A DNA stretch of 64,000 nt from Candidatus Omnitrophota bacterium (GTDB lineage Bacteria; Omnitrophota; Gorgyraeia; B26-G9). Location of the stretch: assembly GCA_018813905.1 (NCBI GenBank), contig JAHJAO010000086.1, forward strand, positions 702-64,701, written 5' to 3'. Position 1 is the first letter of the stretch. Each line of letters starts with the position of its first letter. The notes below the pieces were generated by a model, which saw nothing but the letters and a program-made list of their open reading frames with translations, made no database searches and was not told the DNA's origin. Shown here piece by piece: positions 39,994 to 51,071 of the stretch. A program made the position numbers and the translations under genes.

Positions 39994-40212
39994 TTATTTC
40001 CCTCGATAAATTATCCTTCCCCGGGTTAAATCATACGGGGAAAGTTCCAGAGTAACCTTATCTCCCGGCAAAATCCTTATAAAATGCATACGCATCTTAC
40101 CGGAAACATGCGCTAAAACGCGATGCCCGTTTTCGAGTTCCACCTTGAACATCGCATTTGGCAATGTTTCTAATATCTTCCCTTCTACCTGAATACCGGC
40201 TTCTTTTGCCAT
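39994..40212 (-). CDS. infA: translation initiation factor IF-1
   Basis: [39 protein letters not shown]. Confidence 0.98.
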   Translation of the reverse strand: MAKEAGIQVEGKILETLPNAMFKVELENGHRVLAHVSGKMRMHFIRILPGDKVTLELSPYDLTRGRIIYRGK

Positions 40213-40227
40213 AATTTAACTTTATAT

Positions 40228-40971
40228 TTAAATCGTAAAAATTTCCGCGACACTATCCGTTATGCAAATATCATGCTCAAAATGAGCGGAGATCTTTCTG
40301 TCTCGAGTTACGGCTGTCCACCCGTTTGGCAAAATTTCCACCTCATACCCGCCGGCGTTTATCATCGGCTCAATCGCCAAAACCATTCCCGCTTCAAGTT
40401 TCACGCCCTGGCCGGGCTTGCCGAAGTTGGGTATCTGCGGTTCCTCATGGAGTTTCAACCCAATACCATGCCCAACGAAATCCCGCACCACCGAAAATCC
40501 CGTTTTCTCCACATAATTTTGTATCGCAAAAGAGATGTCCGATAAATGCCGGCCGCATCTCGCGGCGGCGATACCTTTATAAAGAGCGTCTTTTGTTATT
40601 TTGAGCAAACGCTGCGCTGTTTTGCTAATTTTTCCCACCGGCACGGTTATCGCCGCGTCCGCAAAATATCCTTCAAGCTCAACCCCGACATCCAAACTTA
40701 CGATATCTCCGTTTCTTACCATTCGGCCAGAGGGTATCCCGTGCACAACCTCTTCATTTATAGACACACAAATATGCGCCGGAAATCCGTGATAGCCCAA
40801 GAATGCGGCTTTACCGCCCGATTTTTCTATAAAAAGCGCCGCGTCCGCGTCCAATTCTTTAGTCGTAACTCCCGGCTTAACTTTCCCAGCCAAAAATTTC
40901 AAAGTTTTAGCGACGATAACACCAGCCTGTTTAACCTTTTTCAGCTCATTTTTTGACTTTACTGGTATCAT
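40228..40971 (-). CDS. map: type I methionyl aminopeptidase
   Basis: SINEEVVHGIP, GHGIG..HEEP, AIEPM, SAHFEH. Confidence 0.97.
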   Translation of the reverse strand: MIPVKSKNELKKVKQAGVIVAKTLKFLAGKVKPGVTTKELDADAALFIEKSGGKAAFLGYHGFPAHICVSINEEVVHGIPSGRMVRNGDIVSLDVGVELEGYFADAAITVPVGKISKTAQRLLKITKDALYKGIAAARCGRHLSDISFAIQNYVEKTGFSVVRDFVGHGIGLKLHEEPQIPNFGKPGQGVKLEAGMVLAIEPMINAGGYEVEILPNGWTAVTRDRKISAHFEHDICITDSVAEIFTI

Positions 40972-41624
40972 GTCAATCCGGCACTTCTAAAAATTTTCTC
41001 TAATTCTTTAAAAAGCGGTTCTACGTCCAAATCTCCGGATACTTTTTTAAGCAACTTTTCCTTATCATAATAATCAATCAGCTCTTTTGTCTGTTGATTA
41101 TAAACTTCGATCCTCTTTTTTATCGTCTCCTGCCGGTCGTCATCCCTCTGAAAAAGTTCACCGCCGCACCTATCGCAAATATTTTCTTTTTTCGGCGGGA
41201 TATTAACGAGATGATAATTGAACCCGCACTTTCTGCAAACCCGCCGGCCCGTAAGACGTTTTAATATCGTATTTTCCGCAGTCTCAAAATACAATACTAA
41301 ATCCAAAACAATTTCAAGCTGCCTTAAAGTTTTATCTAGAATCTCGGCCTGTCTGCGCGTGCGCGGATAACCGTCCAAGATAAAACTTGCGCTTGTATCT
41401 TTATCTTTTAATTTTTCCTCAATTATCGCCGCGACAATTTCATCCGGGACAAGTTCGCCCCGATCCATAAAACTCTTGGCTTTTTGCCCGACAGGTATCT
41501 TATCTTTTATTACCTGCCGCAGGAGGTCTCCGGTCGAAATATGCGCCATCTTATACCGTTGACAAAGAACATCAGCTTGAGTACCTTTACCCGCTCCCGG
41601 CGGCCCAAGTAGAATCAAACGCAT
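40968..41624 (-). CDS. adk: adenylate kinase
   Basis: GPPGAGKGT, HISTGD, LDGYPR, zinc lid CRKC..CDRC. Confidence 0.97.
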   Translation of the reverse strand: MRLILLGPPGAGKGTQADVLCQRYKMAHISTGDLLRQVIKDKIPVGQKAKSFMDRGELVPDEIVAAIIEEKLKDKDTSASFILDGYPRTRRQAEILDKTLRQLEIVLDLVLYFETAENTILKRLTGRRVCRKCGFNYHLVNIPPKKENICDRCGGELFQRDDDRQETIKKRIEVYNQQTKELIDYYDKEKLLKKVSGDLDVEPLFKELEKIFRSAGLT

Positions 41625-41651
41625 TTATAATTTCTCCGAACAAAAAACTTC

Positions 41652-43004
41652 TTATCTTCTGCCCCGCAAGTGCCCTTTTTTCATAAAACCGTCGTAATGG
41701 CGCATCAAAAGATGCGATTCGATCTGCCGCATCGTATCAAGCATTACTCCGACTATAATTAAAAGCCCGGTGCCGCCGAAGAAACTTGCGACAATATAAG
41801 GCACTTTCAGCCAAGCCATTATCCAGTCGGGAAATACGGCTATTGCCGCCAAGAATATTGCGCCCGGCAATGTGATATGCGTTAATACATGGTCCAAATA
41901 TTCCGCCGTGGGCTTTCCCGCGCGGATGCCCGGGATAAACCCGCCGTATTTTTTCATATTCTGCGCTACATCCTGCGTGTTGAAAGTAACCGCGGTATAA
42001 AAATAGGCAAAGAAAATTATCAACAAACTATACACGATCGTATATAACAGGTGCCCTCGCATCAGGCTTTCGGCAAAACGCTGTAAACTAGGTATAAACT
42101 GTCCAATGGTCGCGGGAAAAAGAATTATCGACTGTGCAAAAATTATGGGGATAACACCGGCCTGATTAACGCGCAGGGGAATATAGGTGCTATGCCCGCC
42201 ATAAACTTTGCGGCCGATAATGCGCTTGGCGTACTCGACCGGAATTCTCCTTTGTCCTTCGGTAATCAACACCACAAAAATAATTACGGCCAACAGCAGC
42301 CCCACCATGATTACCGGCGTATACGGTTCGATCTGCCGCTTTTCCGGGCTGAACGGTGAAAGTAACTGAACGACAAAACGCAAAGCGGTCGGCAGGCGCG
42401 AAATAATACCTACCGTAATAATAATTGACATCCCGTTGCCGATTCCGCGTTCGGTAATTTGTTCGCCTAACCACATTATAAACGCTGTGCCGGAGGTAAG
42501 CGTAATGATCGTTAATAATCTAAAACCCAAACCGCCGTGTTCGACAATCGGCAATCCCATAAAATGCGCCGGATCTTCCAAATACACACTAATAATAAAA
42601 GACTGAAACAGGGCCAGGCCAATCGTGCCGTAACGCGTATACTGGGTAATCATCTTCCGGCCATGGTCGCCGCCTTCTTTAGCCAGGCGTTCGAAATGCG
42701 GTATTACCACCGTCAACAACTGCATGATAATCGAGCTGGAAATATACGGCATAATCCCTAAGGCAAATACGGTCATCTGGCTTAGGGCCCGGCCGGTAAA
42801 TAGATCCATAACGTCAAAGAGCGTTCCGCCTTGTTTATTGGCAACATTGGCAAAAAATTGAGCTAATGCTTCACCGTTTATTCCCGGGATAGTAATATAA
42901 CAACCCAAACGATAGACAACAATCATGCCTAAGGTAAATAAAATCCGCTGCCTCAGGTCCGGTATTTTGAAGGAATTGATTAATGCTTTTAATGTTTTAA
43001 ACAT
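41652..43004 (-). CDS. secY: preprotein translocase SecY
   Basis: ALGIMPYISSSII, WLGEQITERGIGNG, AGVIPIIFA, GFIPGIR, GGTGLLI. Confidence 0.98.
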   Translation of the reverse strand: MFKTLKALINSFKIPDLRQRILFTLGMIVVYRLGCYITIPGINGEALAQFFANVANKQGGTLFDVMDLFTGRALSQMTVFALGIMPYISSSIIMQLLTVVIPHFERLAKEGGDHGRKMITQYTRYGTIGLALFQSFIISVYLEDPAHFMGLPIVEHGGLGFRLLTIITLTSGTAFIMWLGEQITERGIGNGMSIIITVGIISRLPTALRFVVQLLSPFSPEKRQIEPYTPVIMVGLLLAVIIFVVLITEGQRRIPVEYAKRIIGRKVYGGHSTYIPLRVNQAGVIPIIFAQSIILFPATIGQFIPSLQRFAESLMRGHLLYTIVYSLLIIFFAYFYTAVTFNTQDVAQNMKKYGGFIPGIRAGKPTAEYLDHVLTHITLPGAIFLAAIAVFPDWIMAWLKVPYIVASFFGGTGLLIIVGVMLDTMRQIESHLLMRHYDGFMKKGHLRGRR

Positions 43005-43027
43005 GAAAATTATTCAATACTATTGTG

Positions 43028-43513
43028 TTATCCGTTTTTCTTTTCCGAAGCCGCCGCCGCATCCGCCAGCCTTACTATCTCGGTTTTACCACCTAAATCT
43101 TCGATCGCTTTCTTCGCCGTGATGGAGAACTTCGCCGCCTGAATGGTCAAGCGTTTGCTCAGTTTACCGTTTCCCAGAACTTTAATCGGGATATTTCGCT
43201 TTCTCACCAGGCCTAAATCCACAAATTCTTTCGCCGTCAGCACCGTATCTTCTTTTACCCGATTCAACTGATCCAGATTCACAATCTGATATTTCTTTCT
43301 GAATTTACTGTTAAACCCCCGTTTTGGTATTCTCCTGATTAACGGCATCTGTCCGCCTTCGAATCCCGGCCGTTTTGTCTTTCCGGTACGCGACAGCTGC
43401 CCTTTATGCCCGCGGCCAGAGGTCTTGCCGTGTCCTGTGCCTGAACCGCGGCCTAGAATTTTTTTCTTCTTTCGGGCGCCTTTTGGCGACCTTAAATCAT
43501 TAAGCTTTAACAT
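43028..43513 (-). CDS. rplO: 50S ribosomal protein L15
   Basis: GRGSGTGHGKTSGRGHKGQ, FEGGQMPL.RR.PKRGF. Confidence 0.98.
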   Translation of the reverse strand: MLKLNDLRSPKGARKKKKILGRGSGTGHGKTSGRGHKGQLSRTGKTKRPGFEGGQMPLIRRIPKRGFNSKFRKKYQIVNLDQLNRVKEDTVLTAKEFVDLGLVRKRNIPIKVLGNGKLSKRLTIQAAKFSITAKKAIEDLGGKTEIVRLADAAAASEKKNG

Positions 43514-44054
43514 CTTCCTGCTTATCCTCTTTTTTTACTTCTTTCTTTACCAGAGCGACATCACTGCCGGGCATTTCCCGGCATACTTTTAGTTCCATGT
43601 GTTTCGCCAGAGCTTCTAATCCCTGCATCGTTGCCTTAGCGACATTAATAACATTATCCGAACGCATGGATTTTGTAAGAATATCCTTAATTCCGGCCAG
43701 TTCACAAATCGCCCGCACCGAACTGCCCGCGATTACTCCCGTACCTTCACAGGCCGGTTTAAGCAATACCCGTGCGGAACTGTAAGCTCCGATGATTTCA
43801 TGCGGTATGGTTGCTCCTTTGAGCGGGACTTCAATCAGGTTCTTACGGGCGGTATTAACGCCTTTGCGAATCGCATCGGCAACTTCGTTTGCCCGGCCCA
43901 ATCCGCAACCCACATGTTTTTTACCGTCCCCAGCAATCACCAGCGCCGTAAATGACATTTTTCTCCCGCCCTTATGGGCTTTGGATACGCGGTTTATGGC
44001 GATAACCTTATCTACTATTTCCTGTTCTTGTCTTTGGGTTTCTCTCTCCTTCAA
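43500..44054 (-). CDS. rpsE: 30S ribosomal protein S5
   Basis: INRVSK..KGGR, GTGVIAG, ELAGIKDILTK; TTG start after AGGAGG; C-terminal extension. Confidence 0.96.
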   Translation of the reverse strand: MKERETQRQEQEIVDKVIAINRVSKAHKGGRKMSFTALVIAGDGKKHVGCGLGRANEVADAIRKGVNTARKNLIEVPLKGATIPHEIIGAYSSARVLLKPACEGTGVIAGSSVRAICELAGIKDILTKSMRSDNVINVAKATMQGLEALAKHMELKVCREMPGSDVALVKKEVKKEDKQEDVKA

Positions 44055-44096
44055 GTTACCTCCTCTTTCGCCGGCAAGGATATCCAGCTATATTTT

Positions 44097-44444
44097 TTAA
44101 AATTTTAATCCGTTTTTTCGGGCCGATTCGGCCAAGGCCTTAATCAAACCGTGATACAAATAACCGCTGCGGTCAAAAACGACCGCTTCGATGCCTTTCT
44201 CTTTAGCTTTTTTCGCAATAATCTCTCCTAAGAGAATCGCGGTTTTGATATTAACGCCTTTGCTTTTGTCCTTTACCTCTTTTGCCAGAGTCGTACAAGT
44301 AAGCAAAGTATTGTTCTGTTCATCGTCAACGAGCTGGGCATATATGTTTTTCAGGCTTTTATATACACACAGGCGCGGTTTTATTTTGGTCCCGAATACT
44401 TTCCGGCGGATCCGTTTATGTCTTTTTAGTCTGGCTATTTTCAT
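44097..44444 (-). CDS. rplR: 50S ribosomal protein L18
   Basis: PRLCVYKS, IYAQ, VVFDRSGYLYHG. Confidence 0.97.
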   Translation of the reverse strand: MKIARLKRHKRIRRKVFGTKIKPRLCVYKSLKNIYAQLVDDEQNNTLLTCTTLAKEVKDKSKGVNIKTAILLGEIIAKKAKEKGIEAVVFDRSGYLYHGLIKALAESARKNGLKF

Positions 44445-44447
44445 CTC

Positions 44448-44987
44448 TTATTTTGCCACTGCCTTTCCTGCTTTGCGTCTGACATACTCACCTACATAAC
44501 GAATACCTTTTCCTTTATACGGCTCCGGCGGCAAAAAACCCCGGATATTCGCAGCGGCCTGGCCCACCTTTTGCCGGTCAATACCTTTGACCACAATCTG
44601 CGTAGGTTTCGGTGTTTCTATTGTAATACCCTCTGAAATAAGGCATTCCACCGGATGAGAAAAACCCAGCTGTAAAATTAATTTTTTTCCGGAAATCTGG
44701 GCGCGATACCCCACGCCGATCATTTCGAGCTGCCGGCTATACCCCTCAAGCACGCCTTTAACCATATTCGCAATCATTGCCCGGGTCAGGCCATGTAACG
44801 CACGCACATTTTTCGCGTTGCTGCCCCGGGATACTTTAATTTTATCCGTCTCGATTGCGACTTGAATCAACGGACTTTTAGCAAACTGCAGCTTGCCTTT
44901 TGGCCCTTCGACATGCACCAAATTTTTATCGATGCTTGCCTTAACACCCGCGGGAATTATTACCGGTTTTATTCCTATTCTAGACAT
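44448..44987 (-). CDS. rplF: 50S ribosomal protein L6
   Basis: MSRIG, GPKG, GVGYRA, PPEPYKGKGIRY. Confidence 0.98.
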   Translation of the reverse strand: MSRIGIKPVIIPAGVKASIDKNLVHVEGPKGKLQFAKSPLIQVAIETDKIKVSRGSNAKNVRALHGLTRAMIANMVKGVLEGYSRQLEMIGVGYRAQISGKKLILQLGFSHPVECLISEGITIETPKPTQIVVKGIDRQKVGQAAANIRGFLPPEPYKGKGIRYVGEYVRRKAGKAVAK

Positions 44988-44993
44988 AATTGT

Positions 44994-45398
44994 TTACCAC
45001 ACGTAACATAAGATTTCGCCGCCAATTTTTGTTTGGCGCGCTTGTTTACCTGTCATTATTCCGCGCGAGGTAGAAAGCACCGCTAGTCCGGTACCGCCGT
45101 AAACATAAGGTATTTTTTCGTAGTTTACGTACATCCGGCGGCCGGGCTTTGAAATCCGCCTCATTCCGGAAATCATCGCGTCCTTATTTTTATTGCTTGC
45201 GTACCTCAGATACACGCGCAAAAGCCCCTGTCGACCGTCTTCGATTCTACGGTAATCGACGATATAGCCATTTTCTTTCATTATCTTTAAAATCTCTTCC
45301 TTGACTTTGGAAGCCGGCACATCGGTCTTTTCTTTTTTTACTCTTTGCGCTGTATTAATCACGGCTAACATATCAGCAATCGGATCGGTAATACTCAT
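44994..45398 (-). CDS. rpsH: 30S ribosomal protein S8
   Basis: DPIADML, ISKPGRR, STSRG, GGEILCYVW. Confidence 0.97.
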   Translation of the reverse strand: MSITDPIADMLAVINTAQRVKKEKTDVPASKVKEEILKIMKENGYIVDYRRIEDGRQGLLRVYLRYASNKNKDAMISGMRRISKPGRRMYVNYEKIPYVYGGTGLAVLSTSRGIMTGKQARQTKIGGEILCYVW

Positions 45399-45463
45399 AT
45401 CGTTTCATGCTCCTATTTCGAAAATATATTAAAACCGCCTTCTGTTTAAAACCACCCTTGGTT

Positions 45464-45649
45464 TTACCAGCTGGCTTTAGTCACCCCGGGGATCATGCCG
45501 CGGGACGCTAATTCACGAAAGCAAATCCGGCATAATTCAAAACGCCTCATGAACCCGCGGGACCGTCCACAGACTCTGCACCGCACGTATTTTCTCGTTC
45601 TAAACTTGGGTTTTCTCTCGGATCTGACTATCTGACTTATTTTGGCCAT
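45464..45649 (-). CDS. rpsN: 30S ribosomal protein S14, short zinc-binding (type Z)
   Basis: 61 aa; [22 protein letters not shown]. Confidence 0.96.
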   Translation of the reverse strand: MAKISQIVRSERKPKFRTRKYVRCRVCGRSRGFMRRFELCRICFRELASRGMIPGVTKASW

Positions 45650-45654
45650 AATTA

Positions 45655-46197
45655 TTAACTCCGAAACGGCATGCCAAAAAGACGCAGTAACTCTTTGGCA
45701 TATTCTTTTTTCTGGGCATTGGTAACAATAATAATATCCATACCCTGCACCTGCTTGATTTTATCAATTTCAATCTCCGGGAAAATCGACTGCTCCGTAA
45801 TCCCTAAGGCATAATTACCGGCCTCATCGAACGAATCCGCCGATACGCCGCGGAAATCTCTAATACGCGGCAGCGTCACATTGACTAACCGGTCCAGGAA
45901 TTCATACATTTTTGTCTTTCGCAAAGTTACCTTGCAGCCTACCGGCAGGCCTTTTCTGATTTTAAAATTCGCGATCGCTTTTTTTGAGCGGGTAATAACG
46001 GGTTTTTGCCCGGCAATTAGCGCCAAATCCTGCATCGCCGCTTCCAGAATTTTAATATCTTCGTGCGCTTTGCCCACTCCCATATTGATTACGATCTTCT
46101 CAAGACGCGGCACCTGCATCTTGCTCGTAAAGTTAAAACTTTTTATCATCTCCGGGACAATTTTATCTCGATATTTTTCCAATAATCTCGGTATCAT
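45655..46197 (-). CDS. rplE: 50S ribosomal protein L5
   Basis: [26 protein letters not shown]; ATG at 46197. Confidence 0.97.
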   Translation of the reverse strand: MIPRLLEKYRDKIVPEMIKSFNFTSKMQVPRLEKIVINMGVGKAHEDIKILEAAMQDLALIAGQKPVITRSKKAIANFKIRKGLPVGCKVTLRKTKMYEFLDRLVNVTLPRIRDFRGVSADSFDEAGNYALGITEQSIFPEIEIDKIKQVQGMDIIIVTNAQKKEYAKELLRLFGMPFRS

Positions 46198-46199
46198 GG

Positions 46200-46508
46200 T
46201 TACACCATCTCTTGACAATTTTTACATATTCTTGTTTTAGAACCGTCCGACAAAAGTTTTACCCCCAACTTTGATGCCTTATTGCAACGCGGGCAATAAA
46301 ACACGAGGTTCGACATATGTATTGGGCTTTCTTTCTGCAAAATTCCGCCGGGTTGATCCTGGCGGGTCTGGCGCGTATGCTTTTTTACAAAATTTATTCC
46401 CTGCACCAAAATTCTGCCCGTATCGGAAGAAAAACGCAATACTTTTCCCGTCTTGCCTTTTTCTTTGCCCGCAATCACCAAAACTGTATCGCCTTTTTTT
46501 ATTCGCAT
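46200..46508 (-). CDS. rplX: 50S ribosomal protein L24
   Basis: [19 protein letters not shown] motif, ESPIHMSN. Confidence 0.97.
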   Translation of the reverse strand: MRIKKGDTVLVIAGKEKGKTGKVLRFSSDTGRILVQGINFVKKHTRQTRQDQPGGILQKESPIHMSNLVFYCPRCNKASKLGVKLLSDGSKTRICKNCQEMV

Positions 46509-46525
46509 CTTCTTCTATCCTTTTC

Positions 46526-46894
46526 TTAAATCACTTCCGGCGCTAAAGAAACGATTTTAGTGAAATTCTTATCCCGTAATTCTCTGGCTACCGGCCCAAA
46601 TATTCTTGTGCCGCGCGGATTCTTCTGCGCATCAATGATTACTACCGCATTGTGATCAAACCTTAAGTAACTGCCATCCCGGCGGCGTATCGGAAGACGC
46701 GTGCGCACGATAACCGCTTTTACAACTTCCCCTTTTTTGACCGTTGCCGTAGGCAAAGATTCTTTAACGTTACAAGTAATAATATCACCGATAGATGCCG
46801 TTCTCTTTCCCGAACGCTCAAGCACACCGATACAGCTTACCCGTTTTGCTCCGGTATTATCCGCCACATCTAAAATACTGCGCATCTGAATCAT
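46526..46894 (-). CDS. rplN: 50S ribosomal protein L14
   Basis: [30 protein letters not shown]. Confidence 0.98.
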   Translation of the reverse strand: MIQMRSILDVADNTGAKRVSCIGVLERSGKRTASIGDIITCNVKESLPTATVKKGEVVKAVIVRTRLPIRRRDGSYLRFDHNAVVIIDAQKNPRGTRIFGPVARELRDKNFTKIVSLAPEVI

Positions 46895-46901
46895 GCTCTT
46901 G

Positions 46902-47165
46902 TTACTCCTTATGAGACTCCAAAATCTTTATCAATCTCCAGCGCTTATCTTTGGACAGGGGCCTTGTCTCCACCACCCTGATTTTATCACCGATTTTGGA
47001 CTCATTCTTTTCGTCATGCACTTTAAACTTAATGAATTTTCTAATCACTTTCTTATATACAGGATGACGGGTGGTTCTTACCACGCGAATCACCCGGGTT
47101 TTATTCATCTTATCGCTAACAACTATACCTGTTCTCTGCCTGCGCTCGCCTTTCGCTTTACTCAT
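46902..47165 (-). CDS. rpsQ: 30S ribosomal protein S17
   Basis: [28 protein letters not shown]. Confidence 0.97.
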   Translation of the reverse strand: MSKAKGERRQRTGIVVSDKMNKTRVIRVVRTTRHPVYKKVIRKFIKFKVHDEKNESKIGDKIRVVETRPLSKDKRWRLIKILESHKE

Positions 47166-47168
47166 TTT

Positions 47169-47387
47169 TTAATTTTCACCTTTCACTTTTTCTTTTAATT
47201 CCAGTTGTCTTAAAAAAGTTCTTATGCGCGCAATATCCCGCCGGATGAGTGTAATCTTGTGCGGTTTATCCAGTTTTGCGGTTTTCGCCTGAAATTTCAG
47301 CTTAAATAATTCTTCTTCCAGCTGCCGCAATTTATCATCCAATTCCGGCTTTGTAAAATCTCGGTATTCTTTAGATTTAATCGCCAT
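47169..47387 (-). CDS. rpmC: 50S ribosomal protein L29
   Basis: ELFKLKFQ, RRDIARIRT; position between rplP and rpsQ. Confidence 0.95.
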   Translation of the reverse strand: MAIKSKEYRDFTKPELDDKLRQLEEELFKLKFQAKTAKLDKPHKITLIRRDIARIRTFLRQLELKEKVKGEN

Positions 47388-47399
47388 GTTTTTCCTTTT

Positions 47400-47816
47400 T
47401 TAAGCTCCTTCTCGGCCGATAAACCTGGTTCGCAGTGGTAATTTCGAAGCGGCCAGCCGCATTGCCTCTTTGGCCATATCCCGCGGAATTCCTTCTATTT
47501 CAAAAATAACTTTCCCCGGCTTGACCACGGCTACCCAATACTCCGGCATACCTTTTCCTTTGCCCATCCTTGTTTCCGCCGGTTTTTTAGTAACGGATTT
47601 ATCGGGAAAAATGCGAATCCACACCTTTCCCCCTCTGCGTAACGACCGGTTCAAGGCAACGCGTGCGGCTTCCAGCTGCGTATTTTTTATCCAAGCAGCT
47701 TCGAGCGCCTGCAGGCCGAACTCGCCAAAGTTAATTTTATTTCCCTGGCTGGCCACGCCCTTTCTGCGGCCGCGATGGTATTTTCTATATTTTACCCGCT
47801 TGGGCATTAAAACCAT
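47400..47816 (-). CDS. rplP: 50S ribosomal protein L16
   Basis: [27 protein letters not shown]. Confidence 0.98.
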   Translation of the reverse strand: MVLMPKRVKYRKYHRGRRKGVASQGNKINFGEFGLQALEAAWIKNTQLEAARVALNRSLRRGGKVWIRIFPDKSVTKKPAETRMGKGKGMPEYWVAVVKPGKVIFEIEGIPRDMAKEAMRLAASKLPLRTRFIGREGA

Positions 47817-48499
47817 TACTTGGCCTCGCTTTCCGTACCCACGGCCTTTAATTCTTCCTGATTTTTCTTGCCCAAAATCACATCCCCTTTATAAACCCAG
47901 CATTTTACGCCGATGACCCCATAGGTCGTATGGGCTTCCGCAAATCCGTAATCTACATCCGCGCGCAATGTGTGCAGCGGAATTTTTCCGGCCTTATATT
48001 TTTCCGAACGCGCTATTTCCGCTCCGCCCAGACGGCCTGAGCAGATAATTTTTATACCTTCGGCGCCGGAAGACATCGCCTGGGAAACCGCTTTTTTCAT
48101 GGCGCGGCGAAACGCGACTCTTTTTTCCAGCTGAAAAGCAATATTTTCGGCTACCAGCTGCGCATCCGCCATCGGAGCAGCTATTTCTTTAATATCCACA
48201 TATATCTCTTTCCGGGTCATGGACTGCAATTCATCGCGCAACCGGTCAATATCCGCGCCGCGCCTTCCAATAATAACCCCGGGGCGCCCGGAAGAAACAA
48301 TAATTCTTATCCGGTTGCTGGACCGTTCAATTTCTATGCGAGCAACGCTGGCCGAAGAAAAATTCTTTTTTATATACTTCCTGATTTTGATATCCTCAAA
48401 CAGGTTATTCGAATAATCTTTCCGCTTTGCAAACCAGCGCGAATTCCAGTCTTTAATAAAGTTTAATCTCAGACTTAAAGGATGTACCTTCTGACCCAC
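47816..48499 (-). CDS. rpsC: 30S ribosomal protein S3
   Basis: [35 protein letters not shown]; GTG start. Confidence 0.98.
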   Translation of the reverse strand: MGQKVHPLSLRLNFIKDWNSRWFAKRKDYSNNLFEDIKIRKYIKKNFSSASVARIEIERSSNRIRIIVSSGRPGVIIGRRGADIDRLRDELQSMTRKEIYVDIKEIAAPMADAQLVAENIAFQLEKRVAFRRAMKKAVSQAMSSGAEGIKIICSGRLGGAEIARSEKYKAGKIPLHTLRADVDYGFAEAHTTYGVIGVKCWVYKGDVILGKKNQEELKAVGTESEAK

Positions 48500-48500
48500 T

Positions 48501-48953
48501 TTACCTCCTTACTTTATCCGCCTTTGCTTTTCTTACCGCAACTTTCTTCTTCTTTACAACGGCCTTTTTTACTTCTTTCTCCTTATGTAGCGTCTTTAAC
48601 GGCGGTGTAACTTTATTCGCGGTTTCTTTGCGGTCCAGTTCAACCGTGATGTGCGCAGTGCGTTTATTGATACGGTTTGCCCGGCCGAAACTTGCCGCCC
48701 GGGAACGCTTCCAAGTCACCCCGTCATCAGCGTACACTTTAGAAATAAAAAGATTTTCGTTTTCAAAACCTTTTTGTTTAGCATTGGCCACGGCCGAACG
48801 TAAAAGTTTATCGATAACCTGCGCGGCGCGCTTATGCGTGCCGCTCAAAAAGGCAAGTGCTTCCTGCACGGATTTACCTTTGATCAGGCTCGTAACCAGC
48901 CGTACTTTTCGCGGCGCAATTCTAACAAAACGTGCTTTTGCTTTCGCAATCAT
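48501..48953 (-). CDS. rplV: 50S ribosomal protein L22 with Lys-rich C-terminal extension
   Basis: [28 protein letters not shown]. Confidence 0.96.
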   Translation of the reverse strand: MIAKAKARFVRIAPRKVRLVTSLIKGKSVQEALAFLSGTHKRAAQVIDKLLRSAVANAKQKGFENENLFISKVYADDGVTWKRSRAASFGRANRINKRTAHITVELDRKETANKVTPPLKTLHKEKEVKKAVVKKKKVAVRKAKADKVRR

Positions 48954-48976
48954 TACGAATTCCTTACAGTTAAATT

Positions 48977-49264
48977 TTAAGTTTTCTGCATTGCTTCTTT
49001 TGCTTTAAAGCCGCCGTGTTTACGAAAAATACGCGTAGGGGAAAATTCTCCCAGCTTATGCCCCACCATATTCTCCGTAACAAATACCGGAAGAAATGCC
49101 TTACCGTTATGCACGGAAAACGTATATCCCACAAATTCCGGCAAAATAGTTGAACGCCGGGACCAGGTTTTTATCGGCCTGCGTTCATGGCTTTTTGACA
49201 TTTTTTCCACTTTTTTCAATAACTTCGGATCAATGTAAGGACCCTTTTTTATTGAACGCGACAT
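48977..49264 (-). CDS. rpsS: 30S ribosomal protein S19
   Basis: RSIKKGP, TWSRRS, HNGK, GHKLGEF. Confidence 0.98.
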   Translation of the reverse strand: MSRSIKKGPYIDPKLLKKVEKMSKSHERRPIKTWSRRSTILPEFVGYTFSVHNGKAFLPVFVTENMVGHKLGEFSPTRIFRKHGGFKAKEAMQKT

Positions 49265-49278
49265 AAAATTACCTCACT

Positions 49279-50127
49279 TTATTTTTTTAAACGACGTTTC
49301 GTAACTCGCCTTTTAATAATAAACCTGCTTGACGCTTTCTTCTTTTTCCGGGTACGATAACCTTTAGTCGGCATCCCCCAGGGAGTAACCGGATGGGGAT
49401 TGCCTTGCCCCGCTTTTCCTTCTCCTCCGCCATGCGGATGGTCAACCGGATTTTTCGCTACGCCTCGAACCAGAGGCTTCCTTCCCAGCCAACGCGTCTT
49501 TCCCGCTTTGCCGTAGGTGATAGCTTCATGCTCGATATTGCCCACCTGTCCAATTACCGCATAACAATTCGTACGGATCAACCGGATTTCTCCGGACGGC
49601 ATTTTGATATGAGCATACGGGCCTTCTTTGGCCATAATCTGGGCCGCGGCGCCGGCACTGCGCGCCATCTTTGCGCCTTGACCGGGTGTAAGCTCGATAT
49701 TATGAATAAACGTGCCCATCGGAATATTAGCAATCGGCAATGCGTTTCCCGTCTTAATCTCCGCGCCCTCTCCCGCATTTACTTCGTCGTGGACATGCAA
49801 TTCGCTGGGAGCGATGATATAACGTCTTTCTTTATCCTCATATTCTAAAAGGGCAATCCGGCTTGAACGATTAGGATCGTATTCTATCGTGATAACTTTT
49901 GCCGGCATGTTATGTTTGTCCCGTTTGAAATCAATAATCCGGTATCGGCGTTTATGCCCGCCGCCGCGCGTACGATTAGTTACCCGCCCCAGATTATTGC
50001 GGCCACCGCTTTTCTTTAATGCCGTCGTTAAGGATTTTTCCGGCTTTGCCGCGGTGATTTCGGAAAAATCAGCGTTTTTCTTCCATCTTAAGCCCGGAGT
50101 TATCGGTTTATAAGTTTTGATTCCCAC
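49279..50127 (-). CDS. rplB: 50S ribosomal protein L2
   Basis: [29 protein letters not shown]; GTG start. Confidence 0.98.
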   Translation of the reverse strand: MGIKTYKPITPGLRWKKNADFSEITAAKPEKSLTTALKKSGGRNNLGRVTNRTRGGGHKRRYRIIDFKRDKHNMPAKVITIEYDPNRSSRIALLEYEDKERRYIIAPSELHVHDEVNAGEGAEIKTGNALPIANIPMGTFIHNIELTPGQGAKMARSAGAAAQIMAKEGPYAHIKMPSGEIRLIRTNCYAVIGQVGNIEHEAITYGKAGKTRWLGRKPLVRGVAKNPVDHPHGGGEGKAGQGNPHPVTPWGMPTKGYRTRKKKKASSRFIIKRRVTKRRLKK

Positions 50128-50137
50128 TTTTTTGCTC

Positions 50138-50416
50138 CTAAGTTATATTTATCTTCTGCCCCGGCATAAGTGTTACCACCGCTTTCTTCCAGGACGAAGT
50201 CTTTCCCATTTTATAACGTACGCGTTTTGGTTTTCCCGGTATCGTCAGCGTATGAATCATATTTATTTTCACCCGATAGATAAATTCAATCGCGTGTTTA
50301 ATTTCAATTTTATTTGCTTTTTTATCCACGCTGAATATATATTTGTTTTCCTTTTCCTGCGCCGTTCCTTTTTCTGTGCGCAAGATATATTTTACGATTT
50401 TGTATGGACTCTGCAT
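50138..50416 (-). CDS. rplW: 50S ribosomal protein L23
   Basis: [18 protein letters not shown]. Confidence 0.96.
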   Translation of the reverse strand: MQSPYKIVKYILRTEKGTAQEKENKYIFSVDKKANKIEIKHAIEFIYRVKINMIHTLTIPGKPKRVRYKMGKTSSWKKAVVTLMPGQKINIT

Positions 50417-50424
50417 AACCCTGC

Positions 50425-51060
50425 TTATTTAACCCCTTTTTTCAATCGCGCCGTTAACTCCTCAAGCGCGTTCTTGGTTATTACCAGATTATTAACTTCA
50501 AGCACATCCAGCGCGTTGATGTCTTTTGAACCTTTAAGTTTTATAGACTGGATATTCCGGCAGGAACGCACAAGCGAATCCTGCGACTCGCTGGAGATAA
50601 AAAGGGTCTTTCTTTCCAACTTCAACGCCTTAATAATCTGTACAAATTCTTTCGTCTTGCCGGAATCTACTTTTAATTCTTCCAATACTTTTACGAGGTT
50701 ATCGTTTAAACGGGAATTCAGGCTTGAAATCAAAGCTTTAACTTTCATTTTTTTCGGCATCTCATACCGGTAACTTCTCGGATGCGGGCCGAAGACTATT
50801 CCGCCTTTACGCCATAACGGACTGCGGCTTGAACCCGCCCGGGCCCGGCCGGTGCCCTTCTGGCGCCAGGGCTTGGAATTACCGCCGCTGACATTGGCGC
50901 GCGTCTTGGTGCCAGATGTCCCCTGCCGCTTATTTGCCTGATACATAACAACGATCTGATGTAGAAGCGGGACATTGACTTTCCCGTCAAAAACTTTCTT
51001 ATCCAGGTCGATATTACCGGTTTCTTTTCCCGTCAGGTTATAAATAGAAAGGGTAAACAT
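50425..51060 (-). CDS. rplD: 50S ribosomal protein L4
   Basis: KPWRQKGTGRARAG, GGIVFGP, KTKE. Confidence 0.97.
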   Translation of the reverse strand: MFTLSIYNLTGKETGNIDLDKKVFDGKVNVPLLHQIVVMYQANKRQGTSGTKTRANVSGGNSKPWRQKGTGRARAGSSRSPLWRKGGIVFGPHPRSYRYEMPKKMKVKALISSLNSRLNDNLVKVLEELKVDSGKTKEFVQIIKALKLERKTLFISSESQDSLVRSCRNIQSIKLKGSKDINALDVLEVNNLVITKNALEELTARLKKGVK

Positions 51061-51071
51061 TTTTTTATCTC

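Noticed and set aside
39083-50127. GTG/TTG starts on rpsK, rpsM, rpsC, rplB and rpsE
   Set aside because: Non-ATG starts are common in ribosomal operons
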